This document shows positions 1-13,093 of a DNA stretch of 64,000 nucleotides, one piece after another. Position 1 is the stretch's first letter. Every line of letters starts with the position of its first letter. The position numbers were made by a program, and so were the translations under genes. Source of the DNA: Lingula anatina (Eukaryota; Animalia; Brachiopoda); the NCBI GenBank assembly GCA_051362555.1, contig CM120647.1:11756651-11820650 (forward strand), given 5' to 3'. The notes beneath the pieces were generated by a model, which was given only the letters and a program-made list of their open reading frames with translations, was not told the origin of the DNA and did not search any database.

Positions 1-129
1 CCGCTTGCACTTCTCCACATTCGTTTTTGGTTTGGGAAATGGCACGAAAAAAACACCTGCCATATGCGGCCTGTCAGCGTGCCTTGAGTCGCTGTTACAG
101 GTGCCATAAGCACAATGCTTATGTACCAT
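1..129 (-). CDS. N-terminus of a THAP (C2CH zinc-finger) domain protein, probably transposon-encoded; runs off the left edge
   Basis: ATG at 129 reads open to base 1: MVHKHCAYGTCNSDSRHADRPHMAGVFFVPFPKPKTNVEKCKR. It shows the THAP pattern M-x-C-x4-C...F-x-x-FP...R, with the conserved W expected just outside the window. Absent from the ORF track because it is truncated. Confidence 0.8.
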   Translation of the reverse strand, partial: MVHKHCAYGTCNSDSRHADRPHMAGVFFVPFPKPKTNVEKCKR

Positions 130-472
130 TGCGGTATAAATACCAAATTCGTGAATAAAATGAAAAATAATCACTGTCAAGGGAAATATTTAAAGCACCT
201 GACACCTTCGCCACTGTTGTCTGTATGAGCCGTGTCACTGTGATGCCCGCCTACCACTGGCGCCACCTTGCGGAGCCAGCGTGGATAATCCGGGCTATTA
301 CTTTAAATAACCATGTCGCGCGACCTTATTGTCGACGCAGATGTAAACTTTCTAAAGTGTACCGTATTATTATGCAAAAGGTAATTTGCAAAGTCCCACG
401 AGCGCCCTCATTCGTTCTCGTCTCGTGACATCCCGATTCAGGGGCCAGGTCGTTGTCGTGATTGACTGACAT

Positions 473-575
473 GCCTCATCCGGGACGCGAACCCCTGACT
501 TTGCGTTACCAAGGTTGATGACGCTTTGGATGTCTCATTTGCATCCATCCACGCTACCGACTGCGCCGTGACTGA
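473..575 (-). ncRNA. tRNA-like Pol III module B (unit 1 copy; present in every unit)
   Basis: Minus strand has a D-arm GCGC-AGTCGGTA-GCGT containing an A-box-like CGGCGCAGTCGG, and a T-arm GGG-TTCGCGT-CCC (CGGG/CCCG in most units). The middle is expanded with the hairpin TGGATG-CAAATGAGA-CATCCA. The acceptor stem is poor. Confidence 0.5.
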
Positions 576-664
576 ACCGCCCACCCTCCATACGTGCGAG
601 TTTCCTCTTATAGTAATCAATCGCAATTTTCAAAAAATTAATTCTGGCAAGAAAAGAATGACAC

Positions 665-747
665 GGTAGCTACTGTGACTCGAACCAGCGTCCGAGCGTC
701 TGCCTGTATGCAAGACAGCAGAGTTACCACGCAGCCACGACAGCTCC
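665..747 (-). ncRNA. tRNA-like Pol III module A (unit 1 copy; present in all 8 units)
   Basis: Minus strand GGAGCTGTCGTGGCTGCGTGGTAACTCTGCTGTCTTGCATACAGGCAGACGCTCGGACGCTGGTTCGAGTCACAGTAGCTACC. It has an A-box-like TGGCTGCGTGG, a B-box GGTTCGAGTC, an anticodon-like arm CTGT-CTTGCAT-ACAG, pairing ends (GGAGCTG/TAGCTACC) and TTTT about 10 nt downstream. Not a canonical cloverleaf. Confidence 0.55.
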
Positions 748-3700
748 GTTGATACCGAGTGATCAGATGGAAACTTTCAACCTCCTCACGGAGAGCGCCA
801 GATTGGGTGTGCATGTGCAGACCTGCTGGCGCAATCGATAATTCGGGTGCCGCATTTCAGCCCACGCAACCCCAGCCCCCGACATGAACGGTAAAGTTCA
901 TGATGTACACGAAGTCGTGTTTGACAACACGACTCGGAGCTAGGACTTTGTTTTATACTGACATTGATTTTGGCCTTGCCCATGATATTAAAGAATACAA
1001 TGGGATCAGAGGCGGTTCACAGCAGGCGGGTTTTACTTTTAGCAAGACCATAAGAGGAGAAAAGAAATTAAAAAAATATATATATAATTTCAAGTATTTA
1101 ATTATTGGTGCGATTACAGCCACAGGAATTTTGAGGAAAACATATTTGGCAAATAAATCCGCCGAGGAGATTTTTTTTTTTCTACCGAACACGGTTAACA
1201 GGTGCTATGACGTGCTGTTATACCGGAAAAGCTACAGAATCAAAACAAGTTGGATCGTATTCATTGATAGGCCCTGCTCTGTACGTTCTTAGTAAGATGA
1301 CTTCGGATGCTTTTATTTTCATTTGGTTTTGCTTTGAGATAACGTTTGGTTTCACCTTTGACGTTGTAGAGCACGATGACGATCACAGCTGTTCACACCC
1401 CGGCAGTTTTAGCATTGAGTAGTCTTTGCTCTTTCCAATGTCGACTGCGGACTTGCCCCGGGTACTGAATGAACATACATGTATGAACAGTCTTGAGAAG
1501 CAAGAGCCCAAGATAGGAAAGGAGGGGCATAAAAAGGCAAAACGTGTACCTGATAAAAGGAGTAGAGGTGGCGCGACTTTTGTAAAAAAAAACAAAAGTT
1601 TTCTCTCTGCTAATCCCACCAAAAAGATGGCACATTTTGATGAAATGCAATCCATACGGAGTTAGTTATAGCTCAATTTAAATTCAAGATCTGTGGCACC
1701 AATAGAAGGAGTTTTAACTGAAGAGAAAGGAAATATAATTGTCGACGCAGATGTAAACTTTCTAAAGTGTACCGTATTATTATGCAAAAGGTAATTTGCA
1801 AAGTCCCACGGGCGCCCTCATTCGTTCTCAACTCGTGACATCCCGATTCAGGGGCCAGGTCGTTGTCGTGATTGACTGACATGCCTCATCCGGGACGCGA
1901 ACCCGTGACTTTGCGTTACCAAGGTTGATGACGCTTTGGATGTCTCATTTGCATCCATCCACGCTACCGACTGCGCCGTGACTGACCCGCCCACCCTCCA
2001 TACGTGCGAGTTTCCTCTTATAGTAATCAATCGCAATTTTTAAAAAATTAATTCTGGCAAGAAAAGAATGACACGGTAGCTACTGTGACTCGAACCAGCG
2101 TCCGAGCGTCTGCCTGTATGCAAGACAGCAGAGTTACCACGCAGCCACGACAGCTCCGTTGATACCGAGTGATCAGATGGAAACTTTCAACCTCCTCACG
2201 GAGAGCGCCAGATTGGGTGTGCATGTGCAGACCTGCTGGCGCAATCGATAATTCGGGTGCCGCATTTCAGCCCACGCAACCCCAGCCCCCGACATGAACG
2301 GTAAAGTTCATGATGTACACGAAGTCGTGTTTGACAACACGACTCGGAGCTCGGACTTTGTTTTATACTGACATTGATTTTGGCCTTGCCCATGATATTA
2401 AAGAATACAATGGGATCAGAGGCGGTTCACAGCAGGCGGGTTTTACTTTTAGCAAGACCATAAGAGGAGAAAAGAAATTTAAAAAATATATATATAATTT
2501 CAAGTATTTAATTATTGGTGCGTTTACAGCCACAGAAATTTTGAGGAAAACATATTTGGCAAATAAATCCGCCGAGGAGATTTTTTTTTCTACCGAACAC
2601 GGTTAACAGGTGCTATGACGTGCTGTTATACCGGAAAAGCTACAGAATCAAAACAAGTTGGATCGTATTCATTGATAGGCCCTGCTCTGTACGTTCTTAG
2701 TAAGATGACTTCGAATGCTTTTATTTTCATTTGGTTTTGCATTGAGATAACGTTTGGTTTCACCTTTGACGTTGTAGAGCACGATGACGATCACAGCTGT
2801 TCACACCCCGGCGGTTTTAGCATTGAGTAGTCTTTGCTCTTTCCAATGTCGACTGCGGACTTGCCCCGGGTACTGAATGAACATATGAACAGTCTTGAGA
2901 AGCAAGAGCCCAAGACAGGAAAGGAGGGGCATAAAAAGGCAAAACGTGTACCTGATAAAAGGAGTAGAGGTGGCGCGACTTTTGTAAAAAAAATCAAAAG
3001 TTTTCTCTCTGCTAATCCCACCAAAAAGATGGCACATTTTGATGAAATGCAATCCATACGGAGTTAGTTATAGCTCAATTTAAATTCAAGATCTGTGGCA
3101 CCAATAGAAGGAGTTTTAACTGAAGAGAAAGGAAATATAATTGTCGACGCAGATGTAAACTTTCTAAAGTGTACCGTATTATTATGCAAAAGGTAATTTG
3201 CAAAGTCCCACGAGCGCCCTCATTCGTTCTCGTCTCGTGACATCCCGATTCAGGGGCCAGGTCGTTGTCGTGATTGACTGACATGCCTCATCCGGGACGC
3301 GAACCCCTGAGTTTGCGTTACCAAGGTTGATGACGCTTTGGATGTCTCATTTGCATCCATCCACGCTACCGACTGCGCCGTGACTGAACCGCCCACCCTC
3401 CATACGTGCGAGTTTCCTCTTATAGTAATCAATCGCAATTTTTAAAAAATTAATTCTGGCAAGAAAAGAATGACACGGTAGCTACTGTGACTCGAACCAG
3501 CGTCCGAGCGTCTGCCTGTATGCAAGACAGCAGAGTTACCACGCAGCCACGACAGCTCCGTTGATACCGAGTGATCAGATGGAAACTTTCAACCTCCTCA
3601 CGGAGAGCGCCAGATTGGGTGTGCATGTGCAGACCTGCTGGCGCAATCGATAATTCGGGTGCCGCATTTCAGCCCACGCAACCCCAGCCCCCGACATGAA

Positions 3701-6700
3701 CGGTAAAGTTCATGATGTACACGAAGTCGTGTTTGACAACACGACTTGGAGCTCGGACTTTGTTTTATACTGACATTGATTTTGGCCTTGCCCATGATAT
3801 TAAAGAATACAATGGGATCAGAGGCGGTTCACAGCAGGCGGGTTTTACTTTTAGCAAGACCATAAGAGGAGAAAAGAAATTTTAAAAAATATATATATAA
3901 TTTCAAGTATTTAATTATTGGTGCGATTACAGCCACAGGAATTTTGAGGAAAACATATTTGGCAAATAAATCCGCCGAGGAGATTTTTTTTTCTACCGAA
4001 CACGGTTAACAGGTGCTATGACGTGCTGTTATACCGGAAAAGCTACAGAATCAAAACAAGTTGGATCGTATTCATTGATAGGCCCTGCTCTGTACGTTCT
4101 TAGTAAGATGACTTCGAATGCTTTTATTTTCATTTGGTTTTGCATTGAGATAACGTTTGGTTTCACCTTTGACGTTGTAGAGCACGATGACGATCACAGC
4201 TGTTCACACCCCGGCAGTTTTAGCATTGAGTAGTCTTTGCTCTTTCCAATGTCGACTGCGGACTTGCCCCGGGTACTGAATGAACATACATGTATGAACA
4301 GTCTTGAGAAGCAAGAGCCCAAGATAGGAAAGGAGGGGCATAAAAAGACAAAACGTGTACCTGATAAAAGGAGTAGAGGTGGCGCGACTTTTGTAAAAAA
4401 AATCAAAAGTTTTCTCTCTGCTAATCCCACCAAAAAGATGGCACATTTTGATGTAATGCAATCCATACGGAGTTAGTTATAGCTCAATTTAAATTCAAGA
4501 TCTGTGGCACCAATAGAAGGAGTTTTAACTGAAGAGAAAGGAAATATAACTGTCGACGCAGATGTAAACTTTCTAAAGTGTACCGTATTATTATGCAAAA
4601 GGTAATTTGCAAAGTCCCACGAGCGCCCTCATTCGTTCTCGTCTCGTGACATCCCGATTCAGGGGCCAGGTCGTTGCCGTGATTGACTGACATGCCTCAT
4701 CCGGGACGCGAACCCGTAACTTTGCGTTACCAAGGTTGATGACGCTTTGGATGTCTCATTTGCATCCATCCACGCTACCGACTGCGCCGTGACTGACCCG
4801 CCCACCCTCCATACGTGCGAGTTTCCTCTTATAGTAATCAATCGCAATTTTTAAAAAATTAATTCTGGCAAGAATAGATTGACACGGTAGCTACTGTGAC
4901 TCGAACCAGCGTCCGAGCGTCTGCCTGTATGCAAGACAGCAGAGTTACCACGCAGCCACGACAGCTCCGTTGATACCGAGTGATCAGATGGAAACTTTCA
5001 ACCTCCTCACGGAGAGCGCCAGATTGGGTGTGCATGTGCAGACCTGCTGGCGCAATCGATAATTCGGGTGCCGCATTTCAGCCCACGCAACCCCAGCCCC
5101 CGACATGAACGGTAAAGTTCATGACAACACGACTCGGAGCTCGGACTTTGTTTTATACTGACATTGATTTTGGCCTTGCCCATGATATTAAAGAATACAA
5201 TGGGATCAGAGGCGGTTCACAGCAGGCGGGTTTTACTTTTAGCAAGACCATAAGAGGAGAAAAGGAATTTAAAAAATATATATATAATTTCAAGTATTTA
5301 ATTATTGGTGCGATTACAGCCACAGGAATTTTGAGGAAAACATATTTGGCAAATAAATCCGCCGAGGAGATTTTTTTTTCTACCGAACACGGTTAACAGG
5401 TGATATACCGGAAAAGCTACAGAATCAAAACAAGTTGGATCGTATTCATTGATAGGCCCTGCTCTGTACGTTCTTAGTAAGATGACTTCGAATGCTTTTA
5501 TTTTCATTTGGTTTTGCTTTGAGATAACGTTTGGTTTCACCTTTGACGTTGTAGAGCACGATGACGATCACAGCTGTTCACACCCCGGCAGTTTTAGCAT
5601 TGAGTAGTCTTTGCTCTTTCCAATGTCGACTGCGGACTTGCCCCGGGTACTGAATGAACATACATGTATGAACAGTCTTGAGAAGCAAGAGCCCAAGATA
5701 GGAAAGGAAGGGCATAAAAAGGCAAAACGTGTACCTGATAAAAGGAGTAGAGGTGGCGCGACTTTTGTAAAAAAAAATCAAAAGTTTTCTCTCTGCTAAT
5801 CCCACCAAAAAGATGGCACATTTTGATGAAATGCAATCCATACGGAGTTAGTTATAGCAAAATTTAAATTCAAGATCTGTGGCACCAATAGAAGGAGTTT
5901 TAACTGAAGAGAAAGGAAATATAATTGTCGACGCAGATGTAAACTTTCTAAAGTGTACCGTATTATTATGCAAAAGGTAATTTGCAAAGTCCCACGAGCG
6001 CCCTCATTCGTTCTCGTCTCGTGACATCCCGATTCAGGGGCCAGGTCGTTGTCGTGATTGACTGACATGCCTCATCCGGGACGCGAACCCGTGACTTTGC
6101 GTTACCAAGGTTGATGACGCTTTGGATGTCTCATTTGCATCCATCCACGCTACCGACTGCGCCGTGACTGACCCGCCCACCCTCCATACGTGCGAGTTTC
6201 CTCTTATAGTAATCAATCGCAATTTTTAAAAAATTAATTCTGGCAAGAAAAGATTGACACGGTAGCTACTGTGACTCGAACCAGCGTCCGAGCGTCTGCC
6301 TGTATGCAAGACAGCAGAGTTACCACGCAGCCACGACAGCTCCGTTGATACCGAGTGATCAGATGGAAACTTTCAACCTCCTCACGGAGAGCGCCAGATT
6401 GGGTGTGCATGTGCAGACCTGCTGGCGCAATCGATAATTCGGGTGCCGCATTTCAGCCCACGCAACCCCAGCCCCCGACATGAACGGTAAAGTTCATGAT
6501 GTACACGAAGTCGTGTTTGACAACACGACTCGGAGCTAGGACTTTGTTTTATACTGACATTGATTTTGGCCTTGCCCATGATATTAAAGAATACAATGGG
6601 ATCAGAGGCGGTTCACAGCAGGCGGGTTTTACTTTTAGCAAGACCATAAGAGGAGAAAAGAAATTTAAAAAATATATATATAATTTCAAGTATTTAATTA

Positions 6701-9026
6701 TTGGTGCAATTACAGCCACAGGAATTTTGAGGAAAACATATTTGGCAAATAAATCCGCCGAGGAGATTTTTTTTTCTACCGAACACGGTTAACAGGTGCT
6801 ATGACGTGCTGTTATACCGGAAAAGCTACAGAATCAAAACAAGTTGGATCGTATTCATTGATAGGCCCTGCTCTGTACGTTCTTAGTAAGATGACTTCGA
6901 ATGCTTTTATTTTCATTTGGTTTTGCATTGAGATAACGTTTGGTTTCACCTTTGACGTTGTAGAGCACGATGACGATCACAGCTGTTCACACCCCGGCAG
7001 TTTTAGCATTGAGTAGTCTTTGCTCTTTCCAATGTCGACTGCGGACTTGCCCCGGGTACTGAATGAACATACATGTATGAACAGTCTTGAGAAGCAAGAG
7101 CCCAAGATAGGAAAGGAGGGGCATAAAAAGACAAAACGTGTACCTGATAAAAGGAGTAGAGGTGGCGCGACTTTTGTAAAAAAAATCAAAAGTTTTCTCT
7201 CTGCTAATCCCACCAAAAAGATGGCACATTTTGATGTAATGCAATCCATACGGAGTAAGTTATAGCTCAATTTAAATTCAAGATCTGTGGCACCAATAGA
7301 AGGAGTTTTAACTGAAGAGAAAGGAAATATAACTGTCGACGCAGATGTAAACTTTCTAAAGTGTACCGTATTATTATGCAAAAGGTAATTTGCAAAGTCC
7401 CACGGGCGCCCTCATTCGTTCTCGTCTCGTGACATCCCGATTCAGGGGCCAGGTCGTTGTCGTGATTGACTGACATGCCTCATCCGGGACGCGAACCCGT
7501 GACTTTGCGTTACCAAGTTTGATGACGCTTTGGATGTCTCATTTGCATCCATCCACGCTACCGACTGCGCCGTGACTGACCCGCCCACCCTCCATACGTG
7601 CGAGTTTCCTCTTATAGTAATCAATCGCAATTTTTAAAAAATTAGTTCTGGCAAGAAAAGAATGACACGGTAGCTACTGTGACTCGAACCAGCGTCCGAG
7701 CGTCTGCCTGTATGCAAGACAGCAGAGTTACCACGCAGCCACGACAGCTCCGTTGATACCGAGTGATCAGATGGAAACTTTCAACCTCCTCACGGAGAGC
7801 GCCAGATTGGGTGTGCATGTGCAGACCTGCTGGCGCAATCGATAATTCGGGTGCCGCATTTCAGCCCACGCAACCCCAGCCCCCGACATGAACGGTAAAG
7901 TTCATGATGTACACGAAGTCGTGTTTGACAACACGACTCGGAGCTCGGACTTTGTTTTATACTGACAATGATTTTGGCCTTGCCCATGATATTAAAGAAT
8001 ACAATGGGATCAGAGGCGGTTCACAGCAGGCGGGTTTTACTTTTAGCAAGACCATAAGAGGAGAAAAGGAATTAAAAAAATATATATATAATTTCAAGTA
8101 TTTAATTATTGGTGCGATTACAGCCACAGGAATTTTGAGGAAAACATATTTGGCAAATAAATCCGCCGAGGAGATTTTTTTTTCTACCGAACACGGTTAA
8201 CAGGTGATATACCGGAAAAGCTACAGAATCAAAACAAGTTGGATCGTATTCATTGATAGGCCCTGCTCTGTACGTTCTTAGTAAGATGACTTCGAATGCT
8301 TTTATTTTCATTTGGTTTTGCATTGAGATAACGTTTGGTTTCACCTTTGACGTTGTAGAGCACGATGACGATCACAGCTGTTCACACCCCGGCAGTTTTA
8401 GCATTGAGTAGTCTTTGCTCTTTCCAATGTCGACTGCGGACTTGCCCCGGGTACTGAATGAACATATGAACAGTCTTGAGAAGCAAGAGCCCAAGATAGG
8501 AAAGGAAGGGCATAAAAAGGCAAAACGTGTACCTGATAAAAGGAGTAGAGGTGGCGCGACTTTTGTAAAAAAAAATCAAAAGTTTTCTCTCTGCTAATCC
8601 CACCAAAAAGATGGCACACTTTGATGTAATGCAATCCATACGGAGTTAGTTATAGCTCAATTTAAATTCAAGATCTGTGGCACCAATAGAAGGAGTTTTA
8701 ACTGAAGAGAAAGGAAATATAATTGTCGACGCAGATGTAAACTTTCTAAAGTGTACCGTATTATTATGCAAAAGGTAATTTGCAAAGTCCCACGAGCGCC
8801 CTCATTCGTTCTCGTCTCGTGACATCCCGATTCAGGGGCCAGGTCGTTGTCGTGATTGACTGACATGCCTCATCCGGGACGCGAACCCGTGACTTTGCGT
8901 TACCAAGGTTGATGACGCTTTGGATGTCTCATTTGCATCCATCCACGCTACCGACTGCGCCGTGACTGACCCGCCCACCCTCCATACGTGCGAGTTTCCT
9001 CTTATAGTAATCAATCGCAATTTTTA

Positions 9027-10509
9027 AACAAGGCAGCAAAGCTGTCAAATGTACAGACAAAAAGCAGGAAATAACTATGCACAAAATAGGCTAATGTCAA
9101 TTCTGATGCAAAATTACATTATGTTAAACTGCAAATTTAACATCAAATTTTAATTATGCTCAACAGGTAATACCAATGTAAGTAAAATGTGTAACAAGCA
9201 TAAGGCTTCAGGCCCATGGAAGTTCAAGTTCACACTTTGAACGTGTATAACTTCCAGAAAAAGAAGCCAATTAGACTGCTTTTCCAACTCAGGCTGCATG
9301 CCGATTTCGAACTTGACTTGCGTTTTAGTAAGATCAATTACTCCTGTGAGTTTCATGACAACAAGCCTATCGGTTTTTCTTGAAATGTGCTTACAGTGTT
9401 GCATATATGCTGAAAAGTGAAAAAAAAAAAAGCATAACTTCTACAATAAAGGCCCGATCATGCTGATTTTTGAACTTGACCTGTGTTTTATGAATATTCA
9501 TCAGCTCTGTAAATATAAAGCCCAAAAGTAAAACTGCCTTCCACGGCGACGGCGATGACGGCGACGACAGACACAGGTGATGTCAATATGTACAGACACA
9601 TCTATATATATTTACTGTACTGTTTAAGAACAGTAATTGACATGGTTTTTCTTAAATGGTCATCATGGGAACAGTGCCCAAAATAGGTTTTTTTCAAATT
9701 TTGATGCAATATTACATAATGTTTAACAGCATAATGACCATCAATTTTTAATAATAAAATATTAGTATCATGGATGTTCAGAAAATGTGACTAGCAAAGG
9801 TCTTCAGGCCCATGGAACTTCAAAGTCACAACTTGAAAATGCCAAAATGTAAACAAGACAGCACTGTTCTGAAATGTTTTTTTTTTCCATTTTTAACAAT
9901 TTTTAACATAAAACAAAATTAACAGTTTACTGCCATTTTTATATGATCAACTAAGAAAATTGATGAGATGGGAAAAATATCAACAGAGCAGTGTTAAATG
10001 TCCAATTTCTTCCATTCTGAGATTCTGAACATAGTGAATGATTGAATCTGACAAACTGCAATGATATGAGTTTTTTTCTATTTTTGAAACTTTATTACAC
10101 AATTCATGATAACAAGTTTACCATCTTTTTTACAAAATCAACTAACAATGTTGTAAAGATGCAGGAAATGTCAAACAAACACTTTTATGTATCTTATTAG
10201 TTTAATAATGAGACTGTTAACATGCCTAAGAATTGAATCTGAGGAAATGTGAAAAATATGCTGAAAAGTGAAAAAACAGCATAACTTCTACAATAATGGC
10301 CCGATCATACTGATTTTCGAACTTGACCTGCGTTTTATGAATATTCATCAGCTCTGTAAATATAAAGCCAAAAAGTAAAACTGCCCTCCACTTATCGTGT
10401 TTACAAGGAAAGTGCACGGCGCCGGCATCGCCATCGCCATCGCCATCGCCATCGGCGACGACAGACGCAGGTGATGGCAATATGTACAGACACATCTGTG
10501 TCTGTACAT
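9027..10509 (-). mobile_element. Non-autonomous Helentron-type element (HINE/DINE-1-like), internally deleted copy inserted in array unit 7
   Basis: One end is AACAAG-GCAGC-AAA-GCTGTC plus subterminal ATGTACAGAC. The other has a (CATCGC)n microsatellite and the palindrome ATGTACAGACAC-ATCT-GTGTCTGTACAT. Comparison with empty units shows insertion into TTTTTA|AAAAATT with no TSD. Confidence 0.85.
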
Positions 10510-13093
10510 AAAAATTAATTCTGGCAAGAAAAGAATGACACGGTAGCTACTGTGACTCGAACCAGCGTCCGAGCGTCTGCCTGTATGCAAGACAGCAGAG
10601 TTACCACGCAGCCACGACAGCTCCGTTGATACCGAGTGATCAGATGGAAACTTTCAACGTTAACCTCCTCACGGAGAGCGCCAGATTGGGTGTGCATGTG
10701 CAGACCTGCTGGCGCAATCGATAATTCGGGTGCCGCATTTCAGCCCACGCAACCCCAGCCCCCGACATGAACGGTAAAGTTCATGATGTACACGAAGTCG
10801 TGTTTGACAACACGACTCGGAGCTCGGACTTTGTTTTATACTGACAATGATTTTGGCCTTGCCCATGATATTAAAGAATACAATGGGATCAGAGGCGGTT
10901 CACAGCAGGCGGGTTTTACTTTTAGCAAGACCATAAGAGGAGAAAAGGAATTAAAAAAATATATATATAATTTCAAGTATTTAATTATTGGTGCAATTAC
11001 AGCCACAGGAATTTTGAGGAAAACATATTTGGCAAATAAATCCGCCGAGGAGATTTTTTTTTTTCTACCGAACACGGTTAACAGGTGCTATGACGTGCTG
11101 TTATACCGGAAAAGCTACAGAATCAAAACAAGTTGGATCGTATTCATTGATAGGCCCTGCTCTGTACGTTCTTAGTAAGATGACTTCGAATGCTTTTATT
11201 TTCATTTGGTTTTGCATTGAGATAACGTTTGGTTTCACCTTTGACGTTGTAGAGCACGATGACGATCACAGCTGTTCACACCCCGGCAGTTTTAGCATTG
11301 AGTAGTCTTTGCTCTTTCCAATGTCGACTGCGGACTTGCCCCGGGTACTGAATGAACATACATGTATGAACAGTCTTGAGAAGCAAGAGCCCAAGATAGG
11401 AAAGGAGGGGCATAAAAAGACAAAACGTGTACCTGATAAAAGGAGTAGAGGTGGCGCGACTTTTGTAAAAAAAATCAAAAGTTTTCTCTCTGCTAATCCC
11501 ACCAAAAAGATGGCACATTTTGATGTAATGCAATCCATACCGTGTAAGTTATAGCTCAATTTAAATTCAAGATCTGTGGCACCAATAGAAGGAGGTTTAA
11601 CTGAAGAGAAAGGAAATATAACTGTCGACGCAGATGTAAACTTTCTAAAGTGTACCGTATTATTATGCAAAAGGTAATTTGCAAAGTCCCACGGGCGCCC
11701 TCATTCGTTCTCGTCTCGTGACATCCCGATTCAGGGGCCAGGTCGTTGTCGTGATTGACTGACATGCCTCATCCGGGACGCGAACCCGTGACTTTGCGTT
11801 ACCAAGTTTGATGACGCTTTGGATGTCTCATTTGCATCCATCCACGCTACCGACTGCGCCGTGACTGACCAGCCCACCCTCCATACGTGCGAGTTTCCTC
11901 TTATAGTAATCAATCGCAATTTTTAAAAAATTAGTTCTGGCAAGAAAAGAATGACACGGTAGCTACTGTGACTCGAACCAGCGTCCGAGCGTCTGCCTGT
12001 ATGCAAGACAGCAGAGTTACCACGCGGCCACGACAGCTCCGTTGATACCGAGTGATCAGATGGAAACTTTCAACCTCCTCACGGAGAGCGCCAGATTGGG
12101 TGTGCATGTGCAGACCTGCTGGCGCAATCGATAATTCGGGTGCCGCATTTCAGCCCACGCAACCCCAGCCCCCGACATGAACGGTAAAGTTCATGATGTA
12201 CACGAAGTCGTGTTTGACAACACGACTCGGAGCTAGGACTTTGTTTTATACTGACATTGATTTTGGCCTTGCCCATGATATTAAAGAATACAATGGGATC
12301 AGAGGCGGTTCACAGCAGGCGGGTTTTACTTTTAGCAAGATCATAAGAGGAGAAAAGAAATTAAAAAATATATATATATAATTTCAAGTATTTAATTATT
12401 GGTGCGATTACAGCCACAGGAATTTTGAGGAAAACATATTTGGCAAATAAATCCGCCGAGGAGATTTTTTTTTCTACCGAACACGGTTAACAGGTGCTAT
12501 GACGTGCTGTTATACCGGAAAAGCTACAGAATCAAAACAAGTTGGATCGTATTCATTGATAGGCCCTGCTCTGTACGTTCTTAGTAAGATGACTTCGAAT
12601 GCTTTTATTTTCATTTGGTTTTGCATTGAGATAACGTTTGGTTTCACCTTTGACGTTGTAGAGCACGATGACGATCACAGCTGTTCACACCCCGGCAGTT
12701 TTAGCATTGAGTAGTCTTTGCTCTTTCCAATGTCGACTGCGGACTTGCCCCGGGTACTGAATGAACATATGAACAGTCTTGAGAAGCAAGAGCCCAAGAT
12801 AGGAAAGGAAGGGCATAAAAAGGCAAAACGTGTACCTGATAAAAGGAGTAGAGGTGGCGCGACTTTTGTAAAAAAAAAATCAAAAGTTTTCTCTCTGCTA
12901 ATCCCACCAAAAAGATGGCACATTTTGATGAAATGCAATCCATACGGAGTAAGTTATAGCTCAATTTAAATTCAAGATCTGTGGCACCAATAGAAGGAGT
13001 TTTAACTGAAGAGAAAGGAAATATAATTGTTGACGCAGATGTAAACTTTCTAAAGTGTACCGTATTATTATGCAAAAGGTAATTTGCAAAGTC

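Larger units (their letters stand above)
328..13093. repeat. Tandem array (macrosatellite) of 8 full ~1.4 kb units plus a partial ninth
   Basis: The anchor GTCGACGCAGATGTAAAC recurs at 331, 1741, 3143, 4552, 5927, 7335, 8725, 11624 and 13029 (the last as GTTGAC). Periods are 1375-1410 bp, except unit 7, which carries a 1483-bp insertion. The same small ORFs recur in the ORF track. Confidence 0.98.

Noticed and set aside
665-747. Canonical tRNA-Ala(TGC) or tRNA-Met(CAT) gene
   Set aside because: Acceptor spacing, D-stem and T-stem are irregular and the variable region is too long, so it is reported only as tRNA-like.
328-13093. CRISPR array or rDNA/5S/histone cluster
   Set aside because: There are no unique spacers, the context is eukaryotic, and I see no recognisable rRNA, 5S or histone sequence in the unit.
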